37,398 bases of DNA from Candidatus Hadarchaeota archaeon (GTDB taxonomy: Archaea > Hadarchaeota > Hadarchaeia > Hadarchaeales > Hadarchaeaceae): assembly GCA_964433595.1 (NCBI GenBank), contig CAYSRF010000003.1, positions 1 to 37,398 on the forward strand, written 5' to 3'. Both the position numbers and the translations under genes were made by a program. The notes beneath the pieces were generated by a model that saw nothing but the letters and a program-made list of their open reading frames with translations, did no database searches and had not been told where the DNA came from. The first letter of the stretch is position 1, and the number at the start of each line of letters is the position of its first letter. Positions 9,822 to 18,308 of this stretch are shown piece by piece.

Positions 9822-10009
9822 CGTACTGGGGAGTACGATTGGGTATGCAAATTAATTTGCCATTCGTACCGGGGAGTACGGACCCACTCGCCGATTACAA
9901 AATCGTACTGGGGGGTACGAATTTTAGAAGCATGATGATGTCCGTACCGGGGAGTACGATTTTTCCTCCTTAAAAATCACCTCCACGCAAATCCGTACCG
10001 GGGAGTACG
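9822..10009. repeat. Array of five 16-bp palindromic repeats CGTAC(Y)GGGG(R)GTACG with unique spacers
   Basis: Copies at 9822-9837, 9865-9880, 9904-9919, 9943-9958 and 9994-10009; spacers 27, 23, 23 and 35 nt; the arms CGTAC/GTACG are exact reverse complements. Confidence 0.95.
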
Positions 10010-10045
10010 AGACCTAACGGAGAATGGCACGAGATATGTGAGTAC

Positions 10046-10321
10046 TTGAGCAGGGGCGCCAGGACCAAACTCGTTAAGCTTTTGCTCGAAGAACTCGGCT
10101 CGACGGCAGAACTCGCGAGGAAAATTGGCATCACCGAAGGTGCTGTCCGCAAGTGGCTAAATTCAACACACCCCTCGAACTCGAACCTAGAACTTCTGCT
10201 GAGACTCGCCTTTGCGATTAACAAAGAACCATCACTGAAAATACTCAAGGAGGATCTCTGGACCCACCGGGATTCACTCGAGGCCCTCTTAGAATGGATC
10301 AATCACCGAACTCGCGCGTGA
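10046..10321 (+). CDS. Small Cro/XRE-type helix-turn-helix protein (true start uncertain)
   Basis: STAELARKIGITEGAVRKWLNSTHPS is an HTH signature; the reading frame is open upstream to TAA 9971-9973 without an ATG. Confidence 0.8.
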   Translation: MSRGARTKLVKLLLEELGSTAELARKIGITEGAVRKWLNSTHPSNSNLELLLRLAFAINKEPSLKILKEDLWTHRDSLEALLEWINHRTRA

Positions 10322-11501
10322 TCTGCTCGAGCGTCGCCGTGAAACGCTCGATTTCCTTTTCAAGATTGTAATAGTGAACCGAAGCGCGGACGGTTCCCTT
10401 AACACCTAGGTGGCGCATGGCCGGCTGAGAGCAGTGATGGCCCGATCGAACAGCTATCTGAGCGAGCTCGTCCAGCATCGATGCAACATCGTGGTGGCCT
10501 AAACCGCTGATGTTAAAACTCACGACACCTCCCCGTTGCTCGACGTTGCGGGGACCATAAATCTTGATGTGCTCGATATCCACGATTTTCAGCATTTGCG
10601 CGGTCAGCTTTCTCTCGCGTTCGGCAATTCGCTCGATACCTATCTCAAGCACGTACTCGCACGCACGACCCAGTCCAATGATGCCCGGTATGTTTGGGGT
10701 TCCGGCGTCGAAAATTTGAGGCGGTTTAACCAAATCATATTTGTGTTTCTCGACCTGCTCGACGATGCCCCCTCCGACCAAGAGCGGTTCGAGTTCAGCT
10801 AGACGATCTTCGCGCGCGTAGAGAAAGCCAGTACCTTGGGGCCCCAGTAGCCCCTTGTGCCCAGGGGCGGCCAGGAAATCACACCCTAACTTTCGAACGT
10901 CGAGTGGCATGTGTCCAACCGATTGGGCTGCATCGACGAGGAAAAGTACATCATGTTCTTGGGCAAGCTTGCATATCTCCTTCACCGGCTGGATGCTCCC
11001 GACCGCGTTGGAAACGTGATGGGTGGTTATAAGGCGAGTTTTGTCATCGATTGCCGCCTCGATTGCAGCTGGGTCGATCAAGCACTCGCGCGATACCGGG
11101 ACGAGCTCGAGCTTGACTCCCTGACGCTCAAGACGCTGCCAAGGAAGGAGATTTGAGTGGTGCTCGAGCACCGTTGTCACAACCTTGTCACCTTTTCGCA
11201 GCTTTAGTCTCTGAGCGACGATGTTTATCGCCTCGGTCGTGTTCTTTGTGTAGGCGATCTCCTCGGGCTTTGCGTTGATCACCTTGGCTATTTTCTCGCG
11301 AGTTGTTTCAAATTTCCCGGTTGCCCGCTTGGTCGCGCGGTATAAGCCCCTCCCAACGTTTGCGCTGTACTCGCAGAAGTACTCGAGCATTGCATCGAGA
11401 ACGGGTTTGGGTGTGGGTGTTGTTGCAGCGTTGTCCAAGTAGATAATGCCCGTGCGCAAGAACGGGATATCAGCGCGAACTTGATCGACGCTCTTGCCCA
11501 T
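10299..11501 (-). CDS. Cysteine desulfurase, SufS/Csd type (aminotransferase class V)
   Basis: YLDNAATT, EHHSNLLPW, DAAQS, PGHKGLLGP (PLP lysine) and VRSGHHC (catalytic Cys) motifs. Confidence 0.93.
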   Translation of the reverse strand: MGKSVDQVRADIPFLRTGIIYLDNAATTPTPKPVLDAMLEYFCEYSANVGRGLYRATKRATGKFETTREKIAKVINAKPEEIAYTKNTTEAINIVAQRLKLRKGDKVVTTVLEHHSNLLPWQRLERQGVKLELVPVSRECLIDPAAIEAAIDDKTRLITTHHVSNAVGSIQPVKEICKLAQEHDVLFLVDAAQSVGHMPLDVRKLGCDFLAAPGHKGLLGPQGTGFLYAREDRLAELEPLLVGGGIVEQVEKHKYDLVKPPQIFDAGTPNIPGIIGLGRACEYVLEIGIERIAERERKLTAQMLKIVDIEHIKIYGPRNVEQRGGVVSFNISGLGHHDVASMLDELAQIAVRSGHHCSQPAMRHLGVKGTVRASVHYYNLEKEIERFTATLEQITREFGD

Positions 11502-11517
11502 GTTTATCCCAGAGGAA

Positions 11518-11775
11518 CTAAAGCAGACGGGTAAGGTTTATCACCTGAACGTTGCCAACACCAGGGAGATTTGCGAGTTCCTGCTCTAGCGGATCGGTGC
11601 CACCCGCCGCATCCTGCACGACCGCAACGACGCGAAGCGCCTCCAGCCCAAAAGCTATCGGCTCGCGGGAAATCGAATGCACCTTGACACGCTCCTTTAT
11701 CGCGGCCTCGAGGCGATCTAAATCAACCTCCGGACTCTCCGGCATCAGCCTTATGGTGACCGCAACTTCTCCCAC
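11518..11775 (-). CDS. ef1b: Archaeal elongation factor 1-beta
   Basis: MGEVAVTIRLMPESPEVDL...EPIAFGL motif; GAGGTG SD upstream; follows the conserved zinc-finger gene. Confidence 0.93.
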   Translation of the reverse strand: MGEVAVTIRLMPESPEVDLDRLEAAIKERVKVHSISREPIAFGLEALRVVAVVQDAAGGTDPLEQELANLPGVGNVQVINLTRLL

Positions 11776-11784
11776 TCGAACACC

Positions 11785-11949
11785 TCAAGGTCCCGTGAAG
11801 CCACAGCTCGGGCAGCGGTAGGGGTTGCTTAAACGCCGGCACTTTGAGCAGCGCCAGATCTCGGTGGAGCCGCAGCTGGGGCACGGGAAACGAGTTGCCC
11901 GCTCGCCCTGGGCTATCTCGCGGTTGCATGAGGTGCATACGTTTGCCAT
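11785..11949 (-). CDS. Zinc-ribbon small protein, DUF1610/HVO_2753-like (54 aa)
   Basis: Manual translation [54 protein letters not shown]; four CxxC pairs; usual position upstream of aEF-1beta. Missing from the ORF track. Confidence 0.92.
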   Translation of the reverse strand: MANVCTSCNREIAQGERATRFPCPSCGSTEIWRCSKCRRLSNPYRCPSCGFTGP

Positions 11950-11996
11950 GGGTCTCGTCCTAACTTGGGTTTCAACTTTATAACAATCGTGGGGGC

Positions 11997-12977
11997 TTAG
12001 GGGAGTTCCTCCAAGGTGGTCTTGATATCAAGTTTTTCTTCATCGCGCAGTATCGTGATCTGCACCGAATCCCCGACCTTCCTAGACAGGACATTCTTAC
12101 GTAGCTCCTCGATCTTTTTCACGGGTTTTCCGCTGAATTCTAGGATGACATCGCCCGCAGAGATCCCCGCGTGATCAGCTGGACTTCCCTCCACCACCCC
12201 AACCACAAGTACTCCCGTAACACTTGGGATGTCGTAGCGCTGTGCGACCGCCTCGTTGATGCTTATCCCGTTGATTCCAAGCCACGGAAACAAGGCCTTT
12301 CCATGCTTGATTATGTCTTCAGAGTAGCGAATTGCAATGTTTATTGGGATGGCGAACCCGATTCCTTGGGCGAACGGAATTATCGCGGTATTGATTGCTA
12401 TCGCTTTACCGTTTTCTTCGATCAGGGGCCCACCGCTGTTTCCCGGATTTATCGCAGCGTCGGTCTGGATCAGGTCATCGAGTGTCCCAGACTCCGAACG
12501 GATAGTGCGGCCGAGGGCGCTTATGACCCCCGAGGTCACCGTGGGGCCTCCAGACAAGCCGAACGGGTTCCCTATCGCGAAAACTGGCTGCCCGACCTTG
12601 AGCTTGTCAGAGTCGCCGAACTCTACGGCAGGAAGTCCCTTGGCGTCGACTTTTATGACAGCGATATCAACACTAGGGCAGACCCCTACGAGTTCACCCT
12701 CAAGCATGTGCCCATCGGAAAATGTGACGGCGATACGCTCGGCCTCTCGGATCACGTGGCTGTTTGTTAGGATGTAACCATTAGGACTTATGACCGTCCC
12801 GGAGCCCATGCCTCTCACCGGGATCGGGCGGAAAAATATATCGCGGAAGCGTCTCAGAGTGTTCACGTTAACCACGCTCTTGCTCACTCGCTCGATCGCC
12901 TCGAGCACCGAGGGGCTACTTCCTGAACCCATGATAATCAGTGGACCTTTGTTCAACGTTGATAAAAAACTTCTCAC
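11997..12977 (-). CDS. HtrA/DegP-like trypsin serine protease with PDZ domain
   Basis: GSG, LTNSHV (His), DIAVIKV (Asp), [15 protein letters not shown] (Ser) and a C-terminal PDZ; no obvious signal peptide; start may be ATG 12932. Confidence 0.93.
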   Translation of the reverse strand: MRSFLSTLNKGPLIIMGSGSSPSVLEAIERVSKSVVNVNTLRRFRDIFFRPIPVRGMGSGTVISPNGYILTNSHVIREAERIAVTFSDGHMLEGELVGVCPSVDIAVIKVDAKGLPAVEFGDSDKLKVGQPVFAIGNPFGLSGGPTVTSGVISALGRTIRSESGTLDDLIQTDAAINPGNSGGPLIEENGKAIAINTAIIPFAQGIGFAIPINIAIRYSEDIIKHGKALFPWLGINGISINEAVAQRYDIPSVTGVLVVGVVEGSPADHAGISAGDVILEFSGKPVKKIEELRKNVLSRKVGDSVQITILRDEEKLDIKTTLEELP

Positions 12978-13014
12978 GCTATCAAATTAAATCCTCAGAA
13001 CAAGATTGATAGAT

Positions 13015-13108
13015 GGGCCCGTAGTCTAGCTTGGATAGCATTCGCGCCCAAAGAGGACACAAGCCTGCGGAGCTTGCGGCTCGGGTTCAAATCCCGACGG
13101 GCCCGCCA
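13015..13108 (+). tRNA. tRNA-Arg(GCG) with 17-nt non-canonical intron in the D-loop (13037-13053), CCA encoded
   Basis: Acceptor GGGCCCG/CGGGCCC; anticodon arm CAAGC-CT GCG GA-GCTTG; T-arm TCGGG-TTCAAAT-CCCGA; BHB motif TTGG/CCAA with ATA and AGA bulges. Confidence 0.9.
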
Positions 13109-13867
13109 TTAAACCTTCAGTATTTTCATTAAATGACGCGCGTTATCGTACATGAAATAATTGTTGAACATTATGTAGACCTCCCGATGTTTTTTTGCTA
13201 ACGTTTTAGCCTTTGTCGCCAGCCGTTTGAGTTCGGTGAACAAATACTTGTAGTTGTAATCATATTCGCGAGGGTTTAGCCCGTGCAACCGGATGTAAGC
13301 AATCGAATGCTTAGAGACCGGCTCGCGACGCATCAAATCAACTACGTACACGAGCTCGAGCCCTCCGCATAGCTTCGCGACCTCGTCTGGATGCTCCTTC
13401 CAGTCCCCGCGAGGTTCCCAAGCAAGTGCCAGCTTGCCTCGGTCGATTTTCGAGAAAAACTTGCGCATATTTTCGATATTTTCCGGTGTACATTTGAAGT
13501 TGGGTGGGCACTGGATTACACAAACTTTGGCGTCAAGAGCATCGGCAATTTCTTTGGTCCGCTCCCACGCTTTAAAATTATCTTTTGTTGGACGAAGCCA
13601 TCCGTATTGCCTCCTTTTGAGTTCCTCTAGCTTTAGGCCTGAGCGTCGCCAAGTAGGACTTGTTGGCAAATGAGTAATCGCCTGCCATGCTTTGATCGAA
13701 AACTCAAACCTCTCTGGCGCCTCTGCACGCCAGCGCTCAGCAGTTTTAACCATGGGCAATTTATAAAATGTCTGCTGTACTTCGACGAGCGAGAATTTTT
13801 TCATGTAAGTCTTGAGGCCGCCTTTGAAGAATCCCCACCCACAACAGCCGACTTTGATTTTTGACAT
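13109..13867 (-). CDS. DUF72 domain-containing protein
   Basis: KVGCCGW, VEVQQTFY, KAWQAITH, WEPRG, YIRLHG and FNN motifs. Confidence 0.9.
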   Translation of the reverse strand: MSKIKVGCCGWGFFKGGLKTYMKKFSLVEVQQTFYKLPMVKTAERWRAEAPERFEFSIKAWQAITHLPTSPTWRRSGLKLEELKRRQYGWLRPTKDNFKAWERTKEIADALDAKVCVIQCPPNFKCTPENIENMRKFFSKIDRGKLALAWEPRGDWKEHPDEVAKLCGGLELVYVVDLMRREPVSKHSIAYIRLHGLNPREYDYNYKYLFTELKRLATKAKTLAKKHREVYIMFNNYFMYDNARHLMKILKV

Positions 13868-13941
13868 CTTTCTCAGAGGAGATTGGTGAGTAAATACTTA
13901 ATTTTTTAGGCTTTGAGAGCGCTTCCAATTGCGGTGAGACA

Positions 13942-15474
13942 GTGCCCCAGAAGCACGAGGAGCTAATGGAGCTCGCTAAGCGGCGCGGGTTCATCTGGCC
14001 TTCCTTCGAGATCTATGGAGGTGTTGCAGGTTTTTATGATTTCGGACCGCTCGGGGCACTTTTGAAGAACAAGATCATCCAGAAGTGGCGTGAGTACTAC
14101 GTTATTAAGGAAGGGTTCTTCGAGATAGATTCCCCCAGCGTTGTGTCTGAGGAGGTTCTAAAGGCGAGCGGGCATGTCAATCACTTCGTTGATGCGATGG
14201 TTGATTGTCAGAAGTGTGGTGCTGCATTCAGGGTCGCAGATCTCACGCGCGAGCAAACAGGTAAGGATATCGAGGGTATGCCTAAGGAGGAGATGAATCA
14301 GTTCGTGAAGAAGCATCAGGTGCACTGCCCGGACTGTGGCGGCACGCTGGGAAAAATTTTCGATTTCAACGCGATGTTTCGAACGGCGATTGGGCCCGGG
14401 AGCCAGCGCGTGGGCTACCTGAGGCCGGAGACTGCGCAGGGAATTTTCATCGATTTCAAGCGACTCCAGCGCCACGCGCGGGGCAAGCTGCCGTTTGGGG
14501 TGGTGCAGATCGGCAAGGGCTACCGCAACGAGATCTCCCCACGTCAGGGAATCATAAGGCTGCGAGAGTTCACGATGGCAGAGGCCGAGGTCTTCTTCGA
14601 TCCCGAGGATTCTCATCACCCGAAGTTTTCCGAGTTGGCAGGAGAGCAGCTCAGATTTTGGCTGGCGAGCGATCAGCAGCAGGGCAAGGAAAAGCTAACT
14701 GAGGTAACGGCTGGAGGGGCTGTTAAACAAAAGCTCGTATGCAATGAACTCATGGCCTACTACCTCGCGCTCACCAAGCGCTTCCTGCTCGATCTGGGCA
14801 TCCCGGGCGAGGCGATTCGGTTCAGAGAACAAACTCCAGGGCAACGAGCTCATTACTCCAGCGAGACATGGGACGCCGAAGTATCTACCGAGCGGTTCGG
14901 CTGGGTCGAAGTCGCGGGACTGGCCTACCGTACGGATTACGACCTTTCCCGCCACGCTCAGTTCAGCAAAGAGGACATGACGATATTTTCAGCGGATAAA
15001 AAGCGGAAAGTGCTTTGTCACGTGGTGGAGCCTTCTTACGGCATCGATCGCCCACTTTATTGTATGCTTGAGCATTCGTATGTGTCGGAGAAGAAGCGCA
15101 AGTATCTTCGGCTTAAGAAGGAGTTGGCCCCCATCGAGGTCGGTGTCTTCCCGTTACTCAACCGCGATAAAATGCCCGAGAAAGCCCGTGAGGTGTATGA
15201 AGGTTTGAAGTCAAAGGGGTTCATGGCTGAATATGATGACGCAGGGTCCATTGGACGCCGCTACGCACGCGCGGATGAGGTTGGGACACCTTACTGCGTG
15301 ACCATCGATCATCAAACGCTCGAGGACGGTACTGCGACGATACGGAACCGTGACACAACAGACCAAATTAGAATCAACATCAAAGAGCTCCCCCTCATTC
15401 TACGCTCGTTGTTACATGATGAAGTCCTTTTTTCGGAAGCTGGTGCGCCCGTTAAAAAACCAGGTAAATCATGA
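13942..15474 (+). CDS. glyS: Glycine--tRNA ligase (archaeal/eukaryotic alpha2 type)
   Basis: KRRGFIWPSFEIYGG, LRPETAQG, RNEISPRQG, EPSYGIDR and SIGRRYARADEVGTPY motifs. Confidence 0.97.
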   Translation: MPQKHEELMELAKRRGFIWPSFEIYGGVAGFYDFGPLGALLKNKIIQKWREYYVIKEGFFEIDSPSVVSEEVLKASGHVNHFVDAMVDCQKCGAAFRVADLTREQTGKDIEGMPKEEMNQFVKKHQVHCPDCGGTLGKIFDFNAMFRTAIGPGSQRVGYLRPETAQGIFIDFKRLQRHARGKLPFGVVQIGKGYRNEISPRQGIIRLREFTMAEAEVFFDPEDSHHPKFSELAGEQLRFWLASDQQQGKEKLTEVTAGGAVKQKLVCNELMAYYLALTKRFLLDLGIPGEAIRFREQTPGQRAHYSSETWDAEVSTERFGWVEVAGLAYRTDYDLSRHAQFSKEDMTIFSADKKRKVLCHVVEPSYGIDRPLYCMLEHSYVSEKKRKYLRLKKELAPIEVGVFPLLNRDKMPEKAREVYEGLKSKGFMAEYDDAGSIGRRYARADEVGTPYCVTIDHQTLEDGTATIRNRDTTDQIRINIKELPLILRSLLHDEVLFSEAGAPVKKPGKS

Positions 15475-16417
15475 GGGGCAACGCCACGAAGAGAGATACA
15501 AAGGTCAAGTAGAACACCATCGCCCCGTAGAGCTTGAGGTCTAGCTTGAAATTGTAGGCGAGGAAGATGTTGAAGATGGCGGGCGGCATTATTGCTTGAA
15601 TGAGCGCGGGCTTGGGCGAGATATCGGTAGCTATACTCAACCCAGTGATCCCGATCAATGCAAAGGTCAGGATAGGACAGACGAGAAACCTTATTGCGCC
15701 CACAGTCACCAATTTCGACGCATACTTGCAGGGGTTGACCAGAGGCATCTGGTAACCGACGAAAATAAGCATTAAGGCGAAAAACGGCTTGGCGAGATAA
15801 ACGTCAAATGTTTCCCTTACCACATCGGGCAGGTGGGCATGAAAACCGACGAAGAGCATCGCCGTTATGAGCGCTATGGTCGCTGGGAAGACCAACACGT
15901 TTTCTACCACGAAGCGTGGACTTACATGTCGCTTGCCTGCGGAGGCTGCGAGCGCCACCCCCAAGACTAAGTGCGGGATCCCTATCGCCACTGCGTAGAG
16001 GCTTGCGGGCCCCAAACCCCCGATTCCGACCATGGCGTAAACGAGGGGCAAACCGAGGTGAGTGACGTTCATGAACGCGGAGTTCAAGGTGACTGCTATG
16101 GTCGTTTTTCGGTTGTAGTGCATAAGAGCTGAGAGTCCCACCGCCAACACAAAGCAAACGCCCAACCCTATGAAAGCAAAAACTGCAGCGCTGCTGAATC
16201 CCAAGATAGCGCGCAGAGTGTAGCGGGCTATCGAGACGAAGACTACAGTGGGGAGCATCACCCAGAGAATGAGCACTTTGAGGTAGTGAAATGCCGGCTT
16301 AGCGAGCAGCCCCAAAATTTTGATACGGCTTGCGATAACCCTTGCGACAACCCCAAGGATGATGAGCCCCATCACGTAGAGGGCGGGTGTTAGGTAATCT
16401 CCGGGCATGGGTTTCAC
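15452..16417 (-). CDS. AEC (auxin efflux carrier / malate permease-like) family transporter
   Basis: About ten hydrophobic helices; FMNVTHLGLP and AIMPPA motifs. Confidence 0.75.
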   Translation of the reverse strand: MKPMPGDYLTPALYVMGLIILGVVARVIASRIKILGLLAKPAFHYLKVLILWVMLPTVVFVSIARYTLRAILGFSSAAVFAFIGLGVCFVLAVGLSALMHYNRKTTIAVTLNSAFMNVTHLGLPLVYAMVGIGGLGPASLYAVAIGIPHLVLGVALAASAGKRHVSPRFVVENVLVFPATIALITAMLFVGFHAHLPDVVRETFDVYLAKPFFALMLIFVGYQMPLVNPCKYASKLVTVGAIRFLVCPILTFALIGITGLSIATDISPKPALIQAIMPPAIFNIFLAYNFKLDLKLYGAMVFYLTFVSLFVALPLMIYLVF

Positions 16418-16611
16418 CAGCTAGCCTTTACTTGCTTGGTTCGATCCCCCTCAAAGACTGCTCGATTATCCCCAGTGCGACATCGCGAAATCACCGCGCG
16501 GTCTCGCTCGATGAAAGCTCTAGCCTTCGGCTTCAGCGACGTCATTATTACCTTCGGTTTTTTAATCTCTCCCACTCCATCATCTTCTAATTTCATCGCG
16601 CGCTTTGCCAA
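16414..16611 (-). pseudogene. Probable N-terminal remnant of a class-III aminotransferase
   Basis: KKPKVIMTSLKPKARAFIERDRAVIS resembles the 'PKIVVxPPGPKAREIIERD..VIS' N-terminus of archaeal 4-aminobutyrate/ornithine aminotransferases; only 65 aa. Confidence 0.5.
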
Positions 16612-16717
16612 TCGTTTTTTAGATTGATAAATATTTTGTCTCCACTGTTAACTAAAAAATATCCTTTTAAGTATAGATAAATTTAAATAGATATAAAATA
16701 GTATACATTTTAGGGGG

Positions 16718-17233
16718 GTGTCGGTTATGGATGGTAACGTAAAGAGGAGTATAGAAAACTTGTTTTTACAAGAAAAGCCAGTAAAAATCCTAATTTTACT
16801 AAAAATGGAGAATAAACCGCTTTATACGGCGATAATATCAAAAAAAATCGATGGCACATATGCACACACTTTAAATGTACTAGCTGAACTAGAAAAGCTC
16901 AAATTAGTCAGTTTTAAGGAGACGGGCCGAATTAAACTGGTGAATTTGACAGAACTTGGCGAAGAAGCCGCCGGAGCCCTAGAAAACTTAATCGATCTAC
17001 TCAAGCTTGGGGAGGCAGAGGCAAGGGTCGATCAGATTTACGAGCGAGAGGTCAAAGGTCACTTGAGAGAGGAAATGAACAAAAAAGCGATATCTAAACA
17101 ATTAGAAAAACATAAGGAGAATTTAAAGCTATTAACAGAAGGGCGGCCCCAAAATGTTTCGCTTTTCGCAAGAAAGCTATTAAAAAAAGTGGACGAAGTC
17201 GCTGCAGAGGTGCTCGGGTACCCGCCTAGATAA
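16718..17233 (+). CDS. Winged-helix (MarR-like) transcriptional regulator with C-terminal extension
   Basis: LFLQEKPVKIL...TYAHTLNVLAELEKLKLVSF...GRIKLVNLTELGEE winged-HTH pattern. Confidence 0.75.
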   Translation: MSVMDGNVKRSIENLFLQEKPVKILILLKMENKPLYTAIISKKIDGTYAHTLNVLAELEKLKLVSFKETGRIKLVNLTELGEEAAGALENLIDLLKLGEAEARVDQIYEREVKGHLREEMNKKAISKQLEKHKENLKLLTEGRPQNVSLFARKLLKKVDEVAAEVLGYPPR

Positions 17234-17258
17234 GAGATCTCTTCAAAAAAAAGATCAA

Positions 17259-17488
17259 ATACCTCTTGCAGAGTAATTACCCGAAAGTAGGAATCTTCTC
17301 TCTTCGGATTTCATGTCCACTTCATCCCCATCGAGTGGGTCAGTTACCTTTTATAGAGTAATGTGGTAGGATTGGAAATCGGCCGTGGCGAGGCTAGATA
17401 ACTTTTGATGAGTTATTAAGTTACCCAAGATAAGGTTTAAATATCAGAATTACTCATCAAAGAGTGAAGATTACTTTGCAAAGGTGAT
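17259..17488. promoter_or_regulatory. Cluster of about six imperfect inverted repeats (RTTACY-N7/8-RGTRAT) around a TATA box
   Basis: Sites near 17259-17277, 17343-17362, 17398-17416, 17420-17439, 17449-17468 and 17470-17488; TTTAAATA at 17436-17443. Confidence 0.45.
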
Positions 17489-17491
17489 TAT

Positions 17492-17854
17492 ATGGAAGGA
17501 AGCGGTGTAGCAGATAGGATTTTGGCGCTGGCATACGGCAACCACCCAAAGAGCGCCTCCCTGAAACCGGAGGCATTGAAGGTGTTGAGGGCGTTGAGAG
17601 AGCAAAGCACTATGAGCATCGATCAGGTGATGAGGGTGCTAGGCTTGGACCAAAATTCCTCGGCTGGCCGTAAGCACTTCTACATCTTGATGAGACCCCT
17701 GCGGGAAACCGGGATGATCTCGACGAGGAGGATCGGCGGCAAGACAAGCTACTACTTGAGTTACGATGGCTTCAGCCAATTCCTGAGAGAGATCAGAAAG
17801 GAAGCTGAGTACTGGCTTACGCCTGAGGCGCAAGGAGAACCGGGCGTGAGATGA
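17492..17854 (+). CDS. Putative winged-HTH (ArsR-like) DNA-binding protein
   Basis: ALKVLRAL...MSIDQVMRVLGL...LMRPLRETGMISTRRIGGKTSYYLS pattern; AGGTGA SD upstream. Confidence 0.6.
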   Translation: MEGSGVADRILALAYGNHPKSASLKPEALKVLRALREQSTMSIDQVMRVLGLDQNSSAGRKHFYILMRPLRETGMISTRRIGGKTSYYLSYDGFSQFLREIRKEAEYWLTPEAQGEPGVR

Positions 17855-17867
17855 AGGAGGATTAGGC

Positions 17868-18266
17868 TTGGCCAAGAAAACTGGAAAAACAATCGTGAAA
17901 ATGAGGCAACAAATGCGTGCTGCGAAGCTGGCGAGGCACAAGCGCGAGCTAGTGGAAGCTGGGGTGAACCTGAGCATGCCTAAGCCGTCTGTAGAGGCGC
18001 GGAGGGAGAAGGAAGAAGAGCTGAAGCGGCTGTATGTGGAGCTTTTTCCGAAAGACGCAGAGGTCAGACGAGAAGAGCAGGCCGAGAAGCTCCTTGAGCA
18101 ACCGCCGGAGAAGCAACAGCCGGAGCGTAAGGAAGAAAAGCAGCTAGCTGAGAGTAAGCAACAGCCACAGCATGAGCAGCAGAAGCAAGCAGAGGAGCAG
18201 ACACAGGCAGAGGAAAAAGAACAGACGGAAAATGAGGAGCAGGCGGAAGAGTCCCAAGAGAAGTAA
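17868..18266 (+). CDS. Hypothetical protein, basic N-terminus and Glu/Gln-rich low-complexity tail
   Basis: GGAGG SD upstream of TTG; co-oriented 13 nt after the previous gene. Confidence 0.65.
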   Translation: MAKKTGKTIVKMRQQMRAAKLARHKRELVEAGVNLSMPKPSVEARREKEEELKRLYVELFPKDAEVRREEQAEKLLEQPPEKQQPERKEEKQLAESKQQPQHEQQKQAEEQTQAEEKEQTENEEQAEESQEK

Positions 18267-18308
18267 GGGGAACAGTCGGACTGAATACCCTGTGGGCTAA
18301 CCGGCGAG

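Noticed and set aside
9822-9837. Repeat core CTGGGGAGTACG resembles a conserved 16S rRNA segment (CCGCCTGGGGAGTACGG)
   Set aside because: The match is only 11-12 nt and the flanks are not rRNA-like; the palindromic arms explain the motif better. Treated as coincidence.
9847-9860. Perfect 14-bp palindrome GCAAATTAATTTGC in the first spacer
   Set aside because: Single AT-rich occurrence; cannot be distinguished from chance, although it could be an additional binding site.
9822-10009. CRISPR array interpretation of the five repeats
   Set aside because: The 16-bp repeat is shorter than typical CRISPR repeats, spacer lengths vary widely (23-35 nt), and no cas genes are present in the window.
9781-10045. 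Replication origin (ORB/iteron) interpretation
   Set aside because: No ORB-like TTCCAGTGGAAA consensus, no long AT-rich unwinding element and no adjacent orc1/cdc6 or rep gene.
18060-18266. GAG/CAG-rich stretch as a DNA tandem repeat
   Set aside because: Explained by the Glu/Gln-rich low-complexity protein tail; no regular repeat unit.
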